The notes below the pieces were generated by a model. It searched no databases. It had not been told where the DNA came from and was given only the letters and a program-made list of their open reading frames with translations. From positions 4,046,707 to 4,110,706 of the forward strand of contig OZ037767.1 of assembly GCA_964035545.1 (NCBI GenBank): a DNA stretch of 64,000 nt, written 5' to 3'. Source of the stretch: Bugula neritina (taxonomy: Eukaryota; Animalia; Bryozoa). The number at the start of each line of letters is the position of its first letter. The first letter of the stretch is position 1. This document shows positions 31,601 to 44,260 of this stretch, piece by piece. A program made the translations under genes and the position numbers.

Positions 31601-33933
31601 TTATTTCACAGGTGATGAATTAAGATATCTTACTGCAAAAAACCCGTTTCAAGAAGCAAACACTATGCCAAACTTAACAAATTATTTTGAGCTCTCAATA
31701 CCTTTATACAGACAAGTGAATTCTAAAAAAAATTAGCATCATAACAACCTGCAATCAAACTATACTAAAATGACTCAAAAGTAACCAGTGTCTACTTTCA
31801 ACCAAAGTTCATACAGTTACACAATGCAATGGTTTAATAATTGATTGCAAAAAAGTTATCAATATATAACTTCTTTTAGAAAGCACATTTTTTTGCAAAT
31901 TAGGTAACAATTAAATTGAAATGTCTTATATTTTGAGACTATTTGTAATAAGTACAGGCTGAACATTTTTGCCAGTTTGCTTCAAGTTAGTGCCTTCAAA
32001 ATTGTCATTGACCATAATTTGAATTTTTTTTACATTATTAAACAAATTAAACTCAAAGTCTATAACAAGCAAATAACAATAAGCAATTATCGGTTTGCTT
32101 CATCAAATTTTCAAAATGAAATTGAACCATTCATAAATTTTAATAAGTGCTTTACTCTAAAGGATTTGTTTTAAGCATAACTAAATAAAATATCAAAAGT
32201 TGATAGAACATAATAATTATGCTCATTAGACTTATTAGGGTTAAAGTAGCCTTTTGTGAACATAATATCCTTCATAGTGGAACACTACCATAAAAATACA
32301 ATTGACAAAAGAAAATTTGAGATAACATGCCAAGATAAAGTGACTGCCCTTTATCCTATATGACATGAGTAATAAAAACATGTGTTTAAATTTGACTTTA
32401 AATGAATACATTATCAAATAACCATAAAAACATATGTGATTATACAGTGGTCAAAAAATCATGATTGTTTTAGTTGATCAAGGAAGTAGTTTAAATTTAG
32501 CAAATAATGGGAACATCGGTAAAATATATTATAATGACAATGAAATGAATAGATAGTGCCAATATGAAGCGGTGTGATCTACAGTAAAAATCTACTATAT
32601 ATAAGAACATATCATGGGAATGTGATGGGAGGTTCCAAATCACTTTTAAAGTCGTTGATTCAAATAACGATTCTGCGGTTCTTGGTAAAAATGTATTTCA
32701 AACTTCTAGACTTATTATATGTGTACATTTGCGCACACACAACATACACACAGCGCACACACACCACACAAACCACAGATTACACCTTGTAACTTTAGTA
32801 TGGTTAATTTCAAACTCTCCTATTAGCAATGCTACAAAGCTATTCAGTAACTATGAATATTACTTTAAGAGTTTCTGAAAGAATATTCATCTGCATGTAA
32901 ATATTATCTGCTTCAAAAACAACAAAATAATATGTGGCATTGTGATTCTATGAACTTGCACTCACCCAAATACCAGGCAGGTTTGTTAAAGTATAGAGAA
33001 TCATAGACTGCAGGAGATCCTGAACTAGCTGATGAGTTGAAAAGGTCACAAGAGAAGCTGGAAGAGTCTATTCCAATAGATCTACAGTCGGGTCCTTCAC
33101 TATCATCTCTAAGACACTCAGTCATGCAATCCTCCAGTTTGGGAGCATTTGGTGTTAGATAAACTGCAGAAGTGTTTGCTTTACCCAGTTTCCATGGTAA
33201 CCACATTCCTATTGGCACATAACCAACCAATTGCTTTTAGTAAAAAGGTACGTTTTAATCAAGTACTAAAAACATCATTTTGGGAATACACATAACTGTA
33301 TATAATATGTAGTATTTAAAAGCTGCATAATGTTGGGTAGAGAAAAGCCTTTAGCCATTTTATTAATAGCTTTCTTAAGTTTCTGAGAGCACGCTTGATT
33401 TGCTTAATTGTTTTCTCCTAATTTGTTTTGAAAAATATATTCATAAGAACAATAAACTGCGCAGGTTGCTATTTAATCAAACTATTATTAACTATTTATT
33501 ACCTGCACAGATGGGTCGCACAGAATATTTCCATCCATCTGCTAACACAGTACTAGCTGTCTCATTACTTTCAGTGAGGAGCTCACATGTATCCCCATCA
33601 TAGTTTACAGCAGCACAGATAAATGAGCTCTCATCTACACACTGATCTCTACAGTCTGCTATGTTTGTGACACTGTTTATAACTTGACTAGGATTATTCT
33701 GAACATGTGGGAAGAGTCTACCATCAGCTGTTGGCCAGTCACAAGACAGGGCTTCACTCAGTGCTACAAATTTAACTCTTAGGATTTAGTGATGAGTATT
33801 AAACTAAATGGATCAAACTATTCATCAAATACAAAGTCATGAAATAGAAGCATACATAAATTGAAAAGTTGTAATAGTTATGTCTGCTGTTAAAACACAT
33901 TTTATAAAATTCTGTTAAATTTACCTATTTTGT

Positions 33934-33972
<39 letters not shown>

Positions 33973-34045
33973 GAGCTGGCACAAAGCTATACATACTTGT
34001 GGAAAGATGGATAATGCCAAAGACTATTATGATAATCCTGTACAT
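18251..34045 (-). CDS. Receptor-type protein tyrosine phosphatase, copy B, complete (~1259 aa): SP-PAN-PAN-beta-rich domain-FN3-like x2-TM-PTP D1-PTP D2
   Basis: 25 phase-compatible exons, 5' to 3': 34045-33997, 33763-33503, 33208-32966, 31414-30923, 30668-30333, 30177-30080, 29938-29746, 28980-28836, 28502-28456, 27970-27708, 27520-27436, 26935-26862, 26275-26233, 25758-25661, 25370-25239, 24160-24021, 23751-23604, 23268-23164, 22880-22739, 22206-22133, 21094-20972, 20522-20385, 19637-19501, 19185-19050, 18328-18251 (sum 3780 nt). Signal peptide MYRIIIIVFGIIHLSTTLSEA; TM IIGGAVGAIVLVLIVLIVSLLFVF then KRR; DYVNAS, FIAAQGP, DMWRLI, VVMLTNLVESGKKKCWQYWP, HCSAGVGRTG; ends GYSNFVS*. Confidence 0.92.
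21450..21530. repeat. Short GGAGTG-rich repeat in RPTP intron (shorter counterpart at 3270-3330 in copy A)
   Basis: gtggagtgtaataagagtggagggggagtgtaataagagtggtggagtggataaaagtggagggggagtggataagagtg. Confidence 0.6.
24528..25253. repeat. 23-bp minisatellite (~31 units) derived from the exon 15 splice donor of RPTP copy B
   Basis: Unit cagtatattacttacattgtcta; on the gene strand TATACTGTAGACAAT|GTAAGTAA versus the real junction TATACTGTGGACAGT|GTAAGTAC at 25239/25238. Confidence 0.95.
28615..28720. repeat. (TA)n microsatellite
   Basis: Directly visible in an RPTP intron. Confidence 0.95.
33936..33968. repeat. (CA)n microsatellite just after the signal-peptide exon donor
   Basis: Perfect CA run. 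Confidence 0.95.
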
Positions 34046-35780
34046 CCTGATTTGCACTGTGGATCTGCAAGTAATAAGAATCATATTCACTGTGTAAACA
34101 AAAGCCAACTAAATTATATTGTGTGAAGTTTACATATTGTAAACTAAGTTGATAGTTTGGTGTTTGCACAACAATTACTACATTGGTGCCCGTTCCAATA
34201 GGTCGGGCTCCTTGAACCAGTTGACAGACTTCATCTGCTGCTAAAAGTCGGTGGATTTTTTGTCGGCATGTAAAGTTTAGTACAATATTTTAGTTTTTGT
34301 ACAGTTTTGCAACATAAAAATAAAGTCATGAAAAAGGTGAACTCAAGACTCATAAATTAAAGATATAAAAGAAAATAATGCACATAGCAAAACTTACACA
34401 ACTAGTTTTAGAAGCATGCACTTTGCACTGTTACTTGCAGAATTTATATAAGTTACAATGGTAATATGTTAGAATTTGTTTACGCACCTCTGATTAACCG
34501 GGTTTGACAAATATAAAACACATTTATTTGACTAAGTTTATAATCCATCCGTTGCAACTATATGTGTGTTTTAAGGTTAGATATGACCATTTCTATTACA
34601 GCTACTATTAGCAGTTGAGTTCAGAGCTAACTCAATCCTTGCCACTGCGTTATAGTTGACGCAACTTGTTTACAACCATATCGGTGTGGAGCAATGTCTA
34701 ATTTTCTAATTCATTGCCCTGAATAAAAGTTCTAACTTTAAGAGCAAAAAAATAGCCTCAAGAAACTTGAGTTGAACTTCCTTGTTAGCCGCTCTTATAC
34801 TTGGTAGTTTTTCTATACTACGTCTTCTTTTACTTAGTATTAGTACTGAGTAAACACAAGTGACAATTAAATCAATGCTGTAGAATGTAATTTATCTGTC
34901 CTTGTTGATATGGCAAAATTTATTATAATATAGGCTACTAAGCCACATAATTATACTACTCGACATAGGATACAAAAAATATAGAAACAGTGTTATGGTG
35001 GGTTTTTACAATTTGGAGTATCGTAAACTCACCGAATGATATATATGTTGTAGCCTTTGGGTGAGCTTGGGGTCGGTATACCGTTATTGGTTAGTGGCTT
35101 GGCTGCGAGGTAACTCCAGCTCCCGTCCGTCTGGTAGGGGTGAAGTTGAGACTCCGGTTAGGGTAATTGGCTGGTGGTGCTCCTCAGTCTATGATCCTGG
35201 GCTAACGTACACTAACACATTCTAATTGAGTTGCATACATTCTATACAAATATCCTCAATCGTTCCTCAATCAGTCTACAATATCCCAATTCTCCCATTT
35301 ACACTAGGTTTTATAGCTACAACACTCACACAAGTCACACCCACACTATATCCAATATATATGTCAATCTCAGAGAAGACAACTACATGTACTTATAAAT
35401 TACGATATAACAACAGGATACTAAATAATAATAACGGATCTTAATCAACTAGCCAACACACCTGTTAGCAGCTGCAAAACTATAGAGCTATGAGATATAT
35501 GATCCATTCAGTAAAGCTATGCCAAGCGTCATGCAAATATAAAAAGCAGCGAAGCTTACGGAAATTCAAAATCATATGTTTAATGAGAAGTCCTATTAAC
35601 ACATTATCTGTAATTAGCTAATGGCAATGTTCATGTATTTTTATGCAGTTAAGTGCATATTATAGCAGCAAATAAAGATGTAGGCAGTGGGACAGCTATT
35701 AGAACCTGCAACTTAACACTATATCGATACTATAATATGTGTACATTATTACTATAAAATTACTATAATATATTGTTATA

Positions 35781-35991
35781 TACTCACGCTAGTTTATAGT
35801 CGCTATCAGGTGAGAAACTCCTCATGGAAAGGGTTTTTGTTAAAGCGGGCTAAGGACTTGTTTTGATGAGGCACAGGAGCAGTTATGACTGGACGCTCTT
35901 CCTAACATCACCAATGACCTTTGTCTGGGGCCGAATCCATGACCTCTTGTTTACTAGGCAAACACTCTAACCTCTATACCACCACTGCACC
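35781..35991 (-). mobile_element. tRNA-derived SINE copy 2
   Basis: Reverse complement reads ggtgcagtggtggtatagaggttagagtgtttgcctagtaaacaagaggtcatggattcggcccc... (A-box- and B-box-like), homologous to 13785-13986. Confidence 0.78.
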
Positions 35992-36275
35992 CTATATTAA
36001 TATAGTAATGATGCATATTATTATATATACAACATTACTATAATATTATCATTTTGAATATACATGCGCATATCATTACTATATATCAACAAAATATTAT
36101 TGCTATAGGTCTACCATTCAAATTATTATATAAGAGAATTTAGTTTGTATAATTTACCTTTTAAATTTCTAACAGAGGTTTGTCACTGTGAATGCGTCTC
36201 CAATCACTATTCTATATTAGCTATAGGTTATTAGCATAAGTATAATATAACAGATTGCTTATAATAGGGTTAGCC

Positions 36276-36307
36276 CACGTGACTCATTTGCGACACGATC
36301 AGCCAAT
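36276..36307. promoter_or_regulatory. Overlapping E-box/AP-1 site plus CCAAT box (candidate promoter element)
   Basis: CACGTG (36276-36281) overlapping TGACTCA (36280-36286) and CCAAT (36303-36307), between the RPTP 5' end and the divergent LRR relic. Motif match only. Confidence 0.3.
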
Positions 36308-36649
36308 GAGCACTTCACAGAAGAGCTGATGCTGTTTGCACAAATAATTATTGTGTAACCCGGTTATGTATTACAGGTGATATAGTTTTTCATACCAACA
36401 CAAAGCATATGATGAGATGAATAGAATTATAAATATTTCATTATTGCGCTCTTGCTGCAGTACATATTGTTGAGTTTTGTGATGACTGATATGCAGTGGT
36501 GTCATAGATGTTTTTTAGATGTTTCTAGATATTTTAGATAAGCATATGTGCAGCTTTATTATCAACATAAAGAGTTGGTTGTATCTATGTTGCGAGTCAA
36601 GTTATTTAGTTGTTTTTGTCTCCATTTACTCAGCCAAATTGCATTCCTG

Positions 36650-39600
36650 GCTGAAAATCGTGAAGGTATAAACTCAACTTTAACTTTAGGAAAAATGTTT
36701 TATCCAAATATTTCTATTAACAACTGTACATCAATGTTATTATAATGTTGTATGAACTTCATGCAGCATTTGTAAAAAAGGATTCTGAATAAATGTTACT
36801 ATGACCCTATGACGATGTTGACAGAAACATTGGTAGAAAACTATTTCCAGCGTAAATAAATGAGTTTGAAATTGTTTGTATGTTGATAACTTTATTGCTT
36901 GAAAATTAGGAGCAAAAATTAAAAACAATGAATGTTACTAAAAACATGTGCAACCTAACGATGCCATATTTGTCAAAGTGAACGACCTAAAACAACTTGT
37001 ATAAAATAAATGTGAGTTACAGTTGTTTCAAAATACTAATAGCTTGCTTGATAGCTATTTGGTTAAGTAAATACACAATGCTTCTAATTATCTGTAAGCA
37101 GCTAAGCCAAATTATCAAAACTGATATTGTAAAAACTGGAACAATTTTGATCTAAAGCTGCACATTAGCAGTAAGTATTACACTTTGAAGGGAAGTCAAG
37201 TTTCCTACTAAGCATAATTTGAAACAATTGATAGTTACAGGATCAATTATCATTGGAAGTCTTCTCAAATTTGATCTGCTTAGTGGTTTCCTCAGAACTT
37301 CATATTCAAACTTCCAAGCCTTTTTCTGCCTTATGGCTAGGTGGTGATTACCTACTAAAAAGCAATATCAGTGACTAAAAACAATATATATACACACATT
37401 TAAATGAACTATACTAAAATAGTGCTTTTGTTACAATTATTCAATAACCTACTGTATAATATGAATTATTTGAGAGGGAACCAGCAATTTGGGGTTATTT
37501 ATATACAATAAAACTTCAGAAAGTGGGTAGGCAATTTTAACTTGATGTACATTTTAATACAAAGATGACTAACAAGAAATTTAGAAGTTTTTTTGGATTT
37601 TGGTCTCCATTCAAAAACAGAAAGAGAATTGATAAATAATTATTTCCAAGATAATTGACGGATCTCAAATAATGGGAGTTCTGCTAACCAGTTTATCAAT
37701 AAGGTCATATAGTGGGACTTGGGCATTTACTCATCTACAGTAAGTAAACTGCAGGTAACTCAATAGGTATGACTATAAATTACCTATTATAAGCCAAGTA
37801 CTTGGGAATGGTAGCTGAAATCCTATCCATCAACCCAAACAAGGTATATTTGCAGCAGCAGCAGCTGAATATTTTCTAATCAAATGATCACATGCTGATA
37901 TTAGCCTGAAGGAAAGTCATATTTGTTAGCCAGTAAAACTGTCTAAAATTGATAAGTAGAAGACATCAAGGTACTTTAGAAGTACTAGTTTATAATAAAG
38001 TTTTAATACGAGTCACATTTATTCATGGTACTACTAATTTTTGCAAAAAAATCTTGACAAAAACAGATTGGAGATGATGACTTCTCATCAGGACCAATCA
38101 GTGAATATACATATTTCAGCGTATAAGTTGCAATCCAATTTGATTGAGAGAACAAAGGTTGCCAGAAGTCTAATGGTAATTGGAAGTTGAAGCATTGCAA
38201 AAACTATAGAAGTGGGGCAGCTAGAAGAAATTCCTCTCAAAGGTAAAATAATATATCTTCAACATTACAGCTATTATGCATATTCTCATACTCCCAAATT
38301 TTTGCCTAACGCAAAAATTTAAAGTATACTTGCAATCAGTACTTTTATACTTTATAGCCATGCTTGCATTATCGAAAAATCTAATTTATAGAAATATTTT
38401 GAGATGAAAATTATTTATGTTAATCCCTATAAACTATAATTCAGAGTGCTTTATATATATATATATATTATAAAATTGATAGGCTGAAGCAGAATTTCCA
38501 ATTGCAGAAATGATTATGCAAGTAAATGTACAAAGGTTATACAATTTTCTGAAAAAATTAGCTATTGATAACCAGACTGATGAGAAATAACAGCAATGAA
38601 GTGCAAAAGTACACATGCGATTTCAGAAATAAGCTGCCTAATCATAGATGCTATAACTTTAAAACAGTATTTTAGAAACTTTTGGATAAACGTCTACCAG
38701 GTGCTAAAGCAACCACAAAGGTGAAAAAAGGTGAATATTGGTATAGGCTTTTGGTTGCTGTACTATTTTTAAATAGCAGCAGTTTCGAAGTCCATAAAGT
38801 TAATGAACTGCACATGCATATGTAGTTTATGTTGTGGTTGTATGGTGCCTAAACCATTGTATAGTCATTTTAACAACTTTTACTAGTAAAACAATAGATA
38901 TGATGGTGTTTTATTGAATACAGATTTATAAACTTTTCAATTATATTGTTGAATTTTTTTTCAAGGTGGTGAAAAGTTCAAGGGGTGATCAAAAAACCTC
39001 ACATAGATAAAAAATCAATACTATCTGCCTAACTTTCATATCCAACCTGATGTATGGAAACGAAGTCTGGTGCAGGAACTAACTGGAGTACCTTGCAACA
39101 AGAATACCCAGACTTACCACAAGAATCTCTGTACAAGCCTGCCATTGGACTAACACTGAAGCATGGGAATGAATACTTTATAGATCAACTGATAGGAGTA
39201 TTCTGCAAACACTGACCAGACGATATGATTGAGGGTAATCCCAATTTAATTTTTATGAGACGAAATTTTGCTTTAAATTTTGAAATACGTGTACAAAAAG
39301 TCCAATTAAGTTTGAGAAAAACAGTGTATAAAAAGGAATCTAAAAAAATGAAGATACCCGAGTGTATAGTGTTTCACCAATAAAACTCTGAATAATGTGC
39401 TAGCAGTGAAAAGCAAACCAGCTTTGAATGCAATGGACACACTCTGTAACTGGTTGCATAATGTCTCCCACAATAAATCACCATAAGCAACCATGACTTT
39501 AATACCCATTATACTACCCATTTATGCTTTCGGACATAAGTCAGCAGACGTTATTTATCTGCTTTGTGTTGGTTGTTAAATCTGTGATTATATCATTGTG

Positions 39601-40400
39601 GTTGGGGGACTGTCATTGTGGGATTTGGAGGGGTATTTTTTTGTTTAATCAATATATTTTTGTCTGGTTTAGTAGCTACAGCCACAGTAAATACACCATT
39701 GATAAGTTTACTATATCAGTTGGCAACGCTTATCAAAACTGCATTATTTTATTCTTCGATTTTCAATATAATTTACTGATCGCTCTGAAATAAAGACCAA
39801 AGAGGTTAGTTACTATTAATTATTATTCGCATTATATTATATCAATTATTGCTTTTAGAGTAACTACTTTTCATGGCTTTTCTTTGAAATTGAATTTTGA
39901 GTACTACCTTTATATTTAACCATATTTATGCATGCATATAATTCATATAATTATTATATTATACTATTAAGTTTTTACCAACAGGTATACAAATAAAGTG
40001 GTAAAAGTACAAGTCCTGCTGATAAAAATTTTGGTACATGCATACGGAGCCAGTTACACACTGATTCAGTTTTAAATAAAAGTTGATTCATCAATCATTA
40101 AATAAACATTAAATCTTGAATATTATATTCTTGACAAATTATTAAACGTCAAAAGTTTAGTCATTTCGAGTGGTTCTGATTTTGCACATTAATGTTGAAA
40201 AAATATTTTTTAAAAAAGCACACAGGTGGCATCGTCGCCCAATAACATCTTGACGGCAGCCTTTTCAAACCAAGCTTCATCATAAAGTTCAGACTACTGA
40301 GCAAAGAGATTACTATTGTTGTATAGTACAACTGAAATACTTTTTGACTTTACACAGTCTAAAACATAAAATTTTTGACCACCTAAATCATGAAAATATG
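36650..40400 (+). pseudogene. Decayed LRR exons (probable N-terminal part of a dead LRR-ROCO gene)
   Basis: Broken-frame LRR peptides NLKQLIVTGS, PQNFIFKLPSL/ALWLGGDYL, RNLEV, TLEVLVYN, QLEEIPLK|gt (donor after 38242); exon ~38966-39234 PDLPQESLYK...PDDMIE|gt; exon from ~39985 KVQVLLIK, DKLLNVKSLVISS. Many stops and frameshifts. Confidence 0.55.
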
Positions 40401-41716
40401 AAATCTAGTAGTTACTTAATGAGTGCATGAAGCTGCTGTTGCCCTGATAGGACGATCAATGTCTGAAAAAAAAACAGTTCAATGTAATTAATGACGAGAT
40501 TTGAATATAAAAAGTTGTAAATCACATTACACTTTTGATGGCCATGTTCCAAGCAGATGTCATAAATTCTTATATTTCATGAATGGAACAAAAACTTCCT
40601 GCAACCTGCGCAAAACTTCTGAACTTTCATTACCAAAAATCATAGGAAAGAACACTTGAAAATTTTCAAGCTTCAACACATTGTCAAGACAAACAGCAAA
40701 TACTTGAAAAATAAAAAATGAAATGGCCAGATGAACAGAAAGTTGGAATGAAACTAAAACCACAGTAAGTCAAAGATGGAAGATTGCTGAATGTTTGCAA
40801 ATAAAAATGTATTAGAACAATTAAATATCGATGGTCATGATGAGGATAAAATAGAAATACGACAATGGAGTGATATAGTCGCAGATATAATACTGTCACT
40901 GTAAAAACACTAATGGTGCATAGTGTAAGCCAAGTCACAATTAAGACATTTAGTAAGCAGGAAAAAAAGCCCAGAAAAATATTGATACAATCATGTCAAA
41001 CAGGTGAACCTATTCACCAGGCATTTACCAAAAAAAATCTAAAAAAAACCTACATTTATTGTACGGAAATATTTTCGTTGGTTTTTATTCTACATGCCTG
41101 TATCACGAAGATACTTAGAAAGTATGTGAAGCTACTGTTGCTGTGATTGGACAAACTATGTCAGGGAAGACAAGTTTAATTAAAACATTATTGAAATTTA
41201 TTAATATAGTTTAAGTTGTATGTACACCAAACTACACTTTTGATAGTTAGGTTCCAAGCAGATGTCAGAAATTATTGTATTTCATGAAATAAAAACTTTC
41301 TGTAAACCATCTTGCGAATCAAAAATGAAATGATGGAATTTCGTGGTGACTTAGTAGGTATGTGAAGCTACCGTTGCTCTGGTAGGAAGATCGTTGTCCG
41401 GAAAAACTAGCTTAACTTACACTGTTGCTGTGATTGGAAAAACAATGTCTGGAAAGACAAGTTTAATTAAAATAATGACATTTGATTATATAGGCGAAAC
41501 TGTACACCATATTACATTTTTTTTATGGTAATGTTCCAAGCAAATGTCAAAAATTATGAATAAAATATCTTTCTGTGAAACACCCTGTGAACCACATTAT
41601 GAAACACTGGAATCTGGTGGTGACTTAGTAAGCATGTGATGCTATGGTTGCTCTGGTAGGAAAATCATTATCTGGAAAAACTAGCTCAACTTACACAATA
41701 ATGAACCTTGATGAAG

Positions 41717-44260
41717 TTCTTTAATCCTATGATTTATAAGTCGGACTACCCTCTATCACACAGTACTATAAAGATATTTAGTTCGGTAGTTAACAAATAC
41801 AAGCATTGTCAAAAGACTAGCTAAAAATTTAATACTAAAAAAAGATGAGTAACCAAAACGGCATTATTTTTTACATGAGAAAACTAGGGTGTTGAGCCAG
41901 CACATTCAGGTTATTGACTGGAACTTTTCAACGTTTGAAGGGTTGTACAAAATACATAAATTTCTGATGCTTGATCAGAAAAATTAGTCTAACAAGGTAA
42001 AGCACACAAGTCAGAGATCACTTTCTAAAATTAAAAAAAATTCAAGTTGCAAGACATTGTGCAGACAAACTGCAGACAATTCAACAATTGAAAGTAAAAC
42101 TAGAACAGGTGGAATTGGTATCCAAAAAAATTTCAAAGGCAGCCTTAGTAGACAGAACTTGGTCATAAACTCCCGATTACTGACTAAAGAGATTACTATT
42201 GTAGAGTTGCATAGACTACAACAAAAATATCTTTTCACCTTGCAGTGTCTGAAAACAAAAGAAATCTGTAAACCACCAGAGCCATGAAAAGATGAACTCT
42301 AGCTGTGAAGCTACTGTTGCTGTGATTGGACAAACTATGTCAGGAAAGACAAGTTTAATTAAAATAATAATGGAAGTTAATTATATAGATTAAGTTGTAC
42401 ACCAAGCAAATGTCAGAAATTATGAATGAAATAACTTCTTGTAAAGCACCTTGTGAATCACATTATGAAATGATGGAATCTGGTGGGGACTTAGTAAGTA
42501 TGTGGCGCTATGGTTGCTCTGGTGGGTAGATCGTTATCTGGAAAAACTAGCTTAATTTACACAATAATGAACTTTGATTCTCAAATGAATTCATAGCTTT
42601 TGTAGTACATTGTTAGTCGGGTTCAACTGGATCATACTGTTGGAAAACTATTACTCAAATAGGTTGCAAAAGACAAACTGCTGTCACAATTATAAAAAAT
42701 TGAATAATAATACACAGCATTGGAAGACGTATTTATGCAACCAAAACATATGTATACATGAGCTACCAGCGATCATAATTATGGGACCACTTAATAATTG
42801 CATGCTATTTATCATGCAAAAATGAAAAAAGCTTTTTAGATCTTCTAAGACCATACAAATTACATATGCAAAGAGCAATCATCATTCGCTTACACAAACA
42901 AGGAAAATCCCAGAGAGCTATCGCAAAAGAAGTTGGCTGCACGAAGAATGGAGTCTTGACTACCATCAACCATTGGAAGCAAACTAGAGGGTTGGATGAT
43001 TTCGAAGGCAGGGGTCATAAAAAAAGGCTACCAAGGTGTGACACTCAGGTTAGTAAAACTCTCTTTCTGATCGACATTTGACTAGACCTCAATTCATCAG
43101 AGAGCTTAGAGAGTCTACCGAAACACATCTGCGTGATAACGTTTTAATAGGTTGCAAAGCCAAAAGGCTCTAACTAATGATCGCCAGAGGAAGGCACGGT
43201 TGGCCTGGGCTAAAGAGAATCGAGTATGCAGAGTTGTACGACATTTCCAAAAAACACAGGGGTTAGCAAGAAACTAGAGAATTGAAGGCCAGCTTACACA
43301 ATAGTTAGCAAAAAAGAGCTATCAGACCAGTGGTCATTATCAATCAAACTAAGTATTGGTAAATGCTTAAACAGCAGGAGCTTTAAACTAGTAACTTCTT
43401 TATCCTATGATTTATAAGTCGGACTACCCTCTATCACACAGTATTATAAAGATATTTAGTTCGGTAGTTAACAAATACCAGCATTGTCAAAAACCTAGCT
43501 AAAAGTTCAATGTTAAAAAAAGATGAGTAACCAAAACGGCATTATTTTTACATGAGAAAACTAAGGCGTTGAGCCAGCATCCGGTTATTGACTGGAACTT
43601 TTCAAATTTTGAAGGGTTGTACAAAATACATAAATTCCTGATGCTTGATCAGAAAAATAAGCATAGCAAGGTGAAGCAGACAATCCAGAGGCCACTTTCT
43701 AAAGTTGAAAAAACTCAAGCTGCAAGACATTGTGCAGACAAACTGCAGAAAATTCAACAATTTAAAGTAAAACTAGAACAGAAGCGGAATTGCCATCCCA
43801 AAGAGTTCAAGAGGCAGCCTTATTAGACTAGGCTTTGTCATAAACTCCTGACTAAAGAGATTAATAATGCTGTAGAGTTGCATAGACTACAACAAAATAT
43901 TCTCTTCACTTTACACTGTCTAAAAACAGAAAAATCTGTCAACCACCAGAGCCATGAAAAGATGAACTCTAGCTGTAAGTATGTGAAACCACTGTTGCTG
44001 TGATGGGAAAAACAATGGCTGGGAAGACAAGTTTAATTAAAACAATAATGACATTTAATCATATAGATTAAGTTGTACACCAAACTGCACTTTGAATAGT
44101 TCTGTTCCAGGCAAATGTGAGAAATTATCACATTTCATTAATTATTGCTAACCACCTAAATTATGAAACAGTGGAATCTGGTGGTGGCTTGGCAAATATT
44201 CGAAGCTACTGTTGTTCTCATTGGACGTTCATTGTCTAGAAAAACCAGTTTAATTGAAAT
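41717..44260 (+). repeat. ~0.85-kb direct repeat (41717-42575 and 43396-44260) separated by a Tc1 relic
   Basis: Both copies start tcctatgatttataagtcggactaccctctatcacacagta and stay colinear through gaaaagatgaactctagctgt. Confidence 0.85.
42605..43390 (+). mobile_element. Internally deleted Tc1/mariner transposon relic
   Basis: QRAIIIRLHKQGKSQRAIAKEVGCTKNGV (paired-like HTH), GRGHKK linker, RQRKARLAWAKEN, C-terminal TKY near 43350; DDE region missing; termini not resolved. Confidence 0.8.

Noticed and set aside
18251-34045. Gene symbol such as PTPRA, PTPRE or LAR
   Set aside because: The ectodomain matches none of them; orthology needs a phylogeny.
35046-35387. Confident solo LTR call
   Set aside because: No 4-6 bp target-site duplication and no second copy; kept only as a low-interest finding.
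35915-35991. Functional tRNA-Thr gene
   Set aside because: Degenerate stems, and it runs into a body shared with other dispersed copies, so it is a SINE head.
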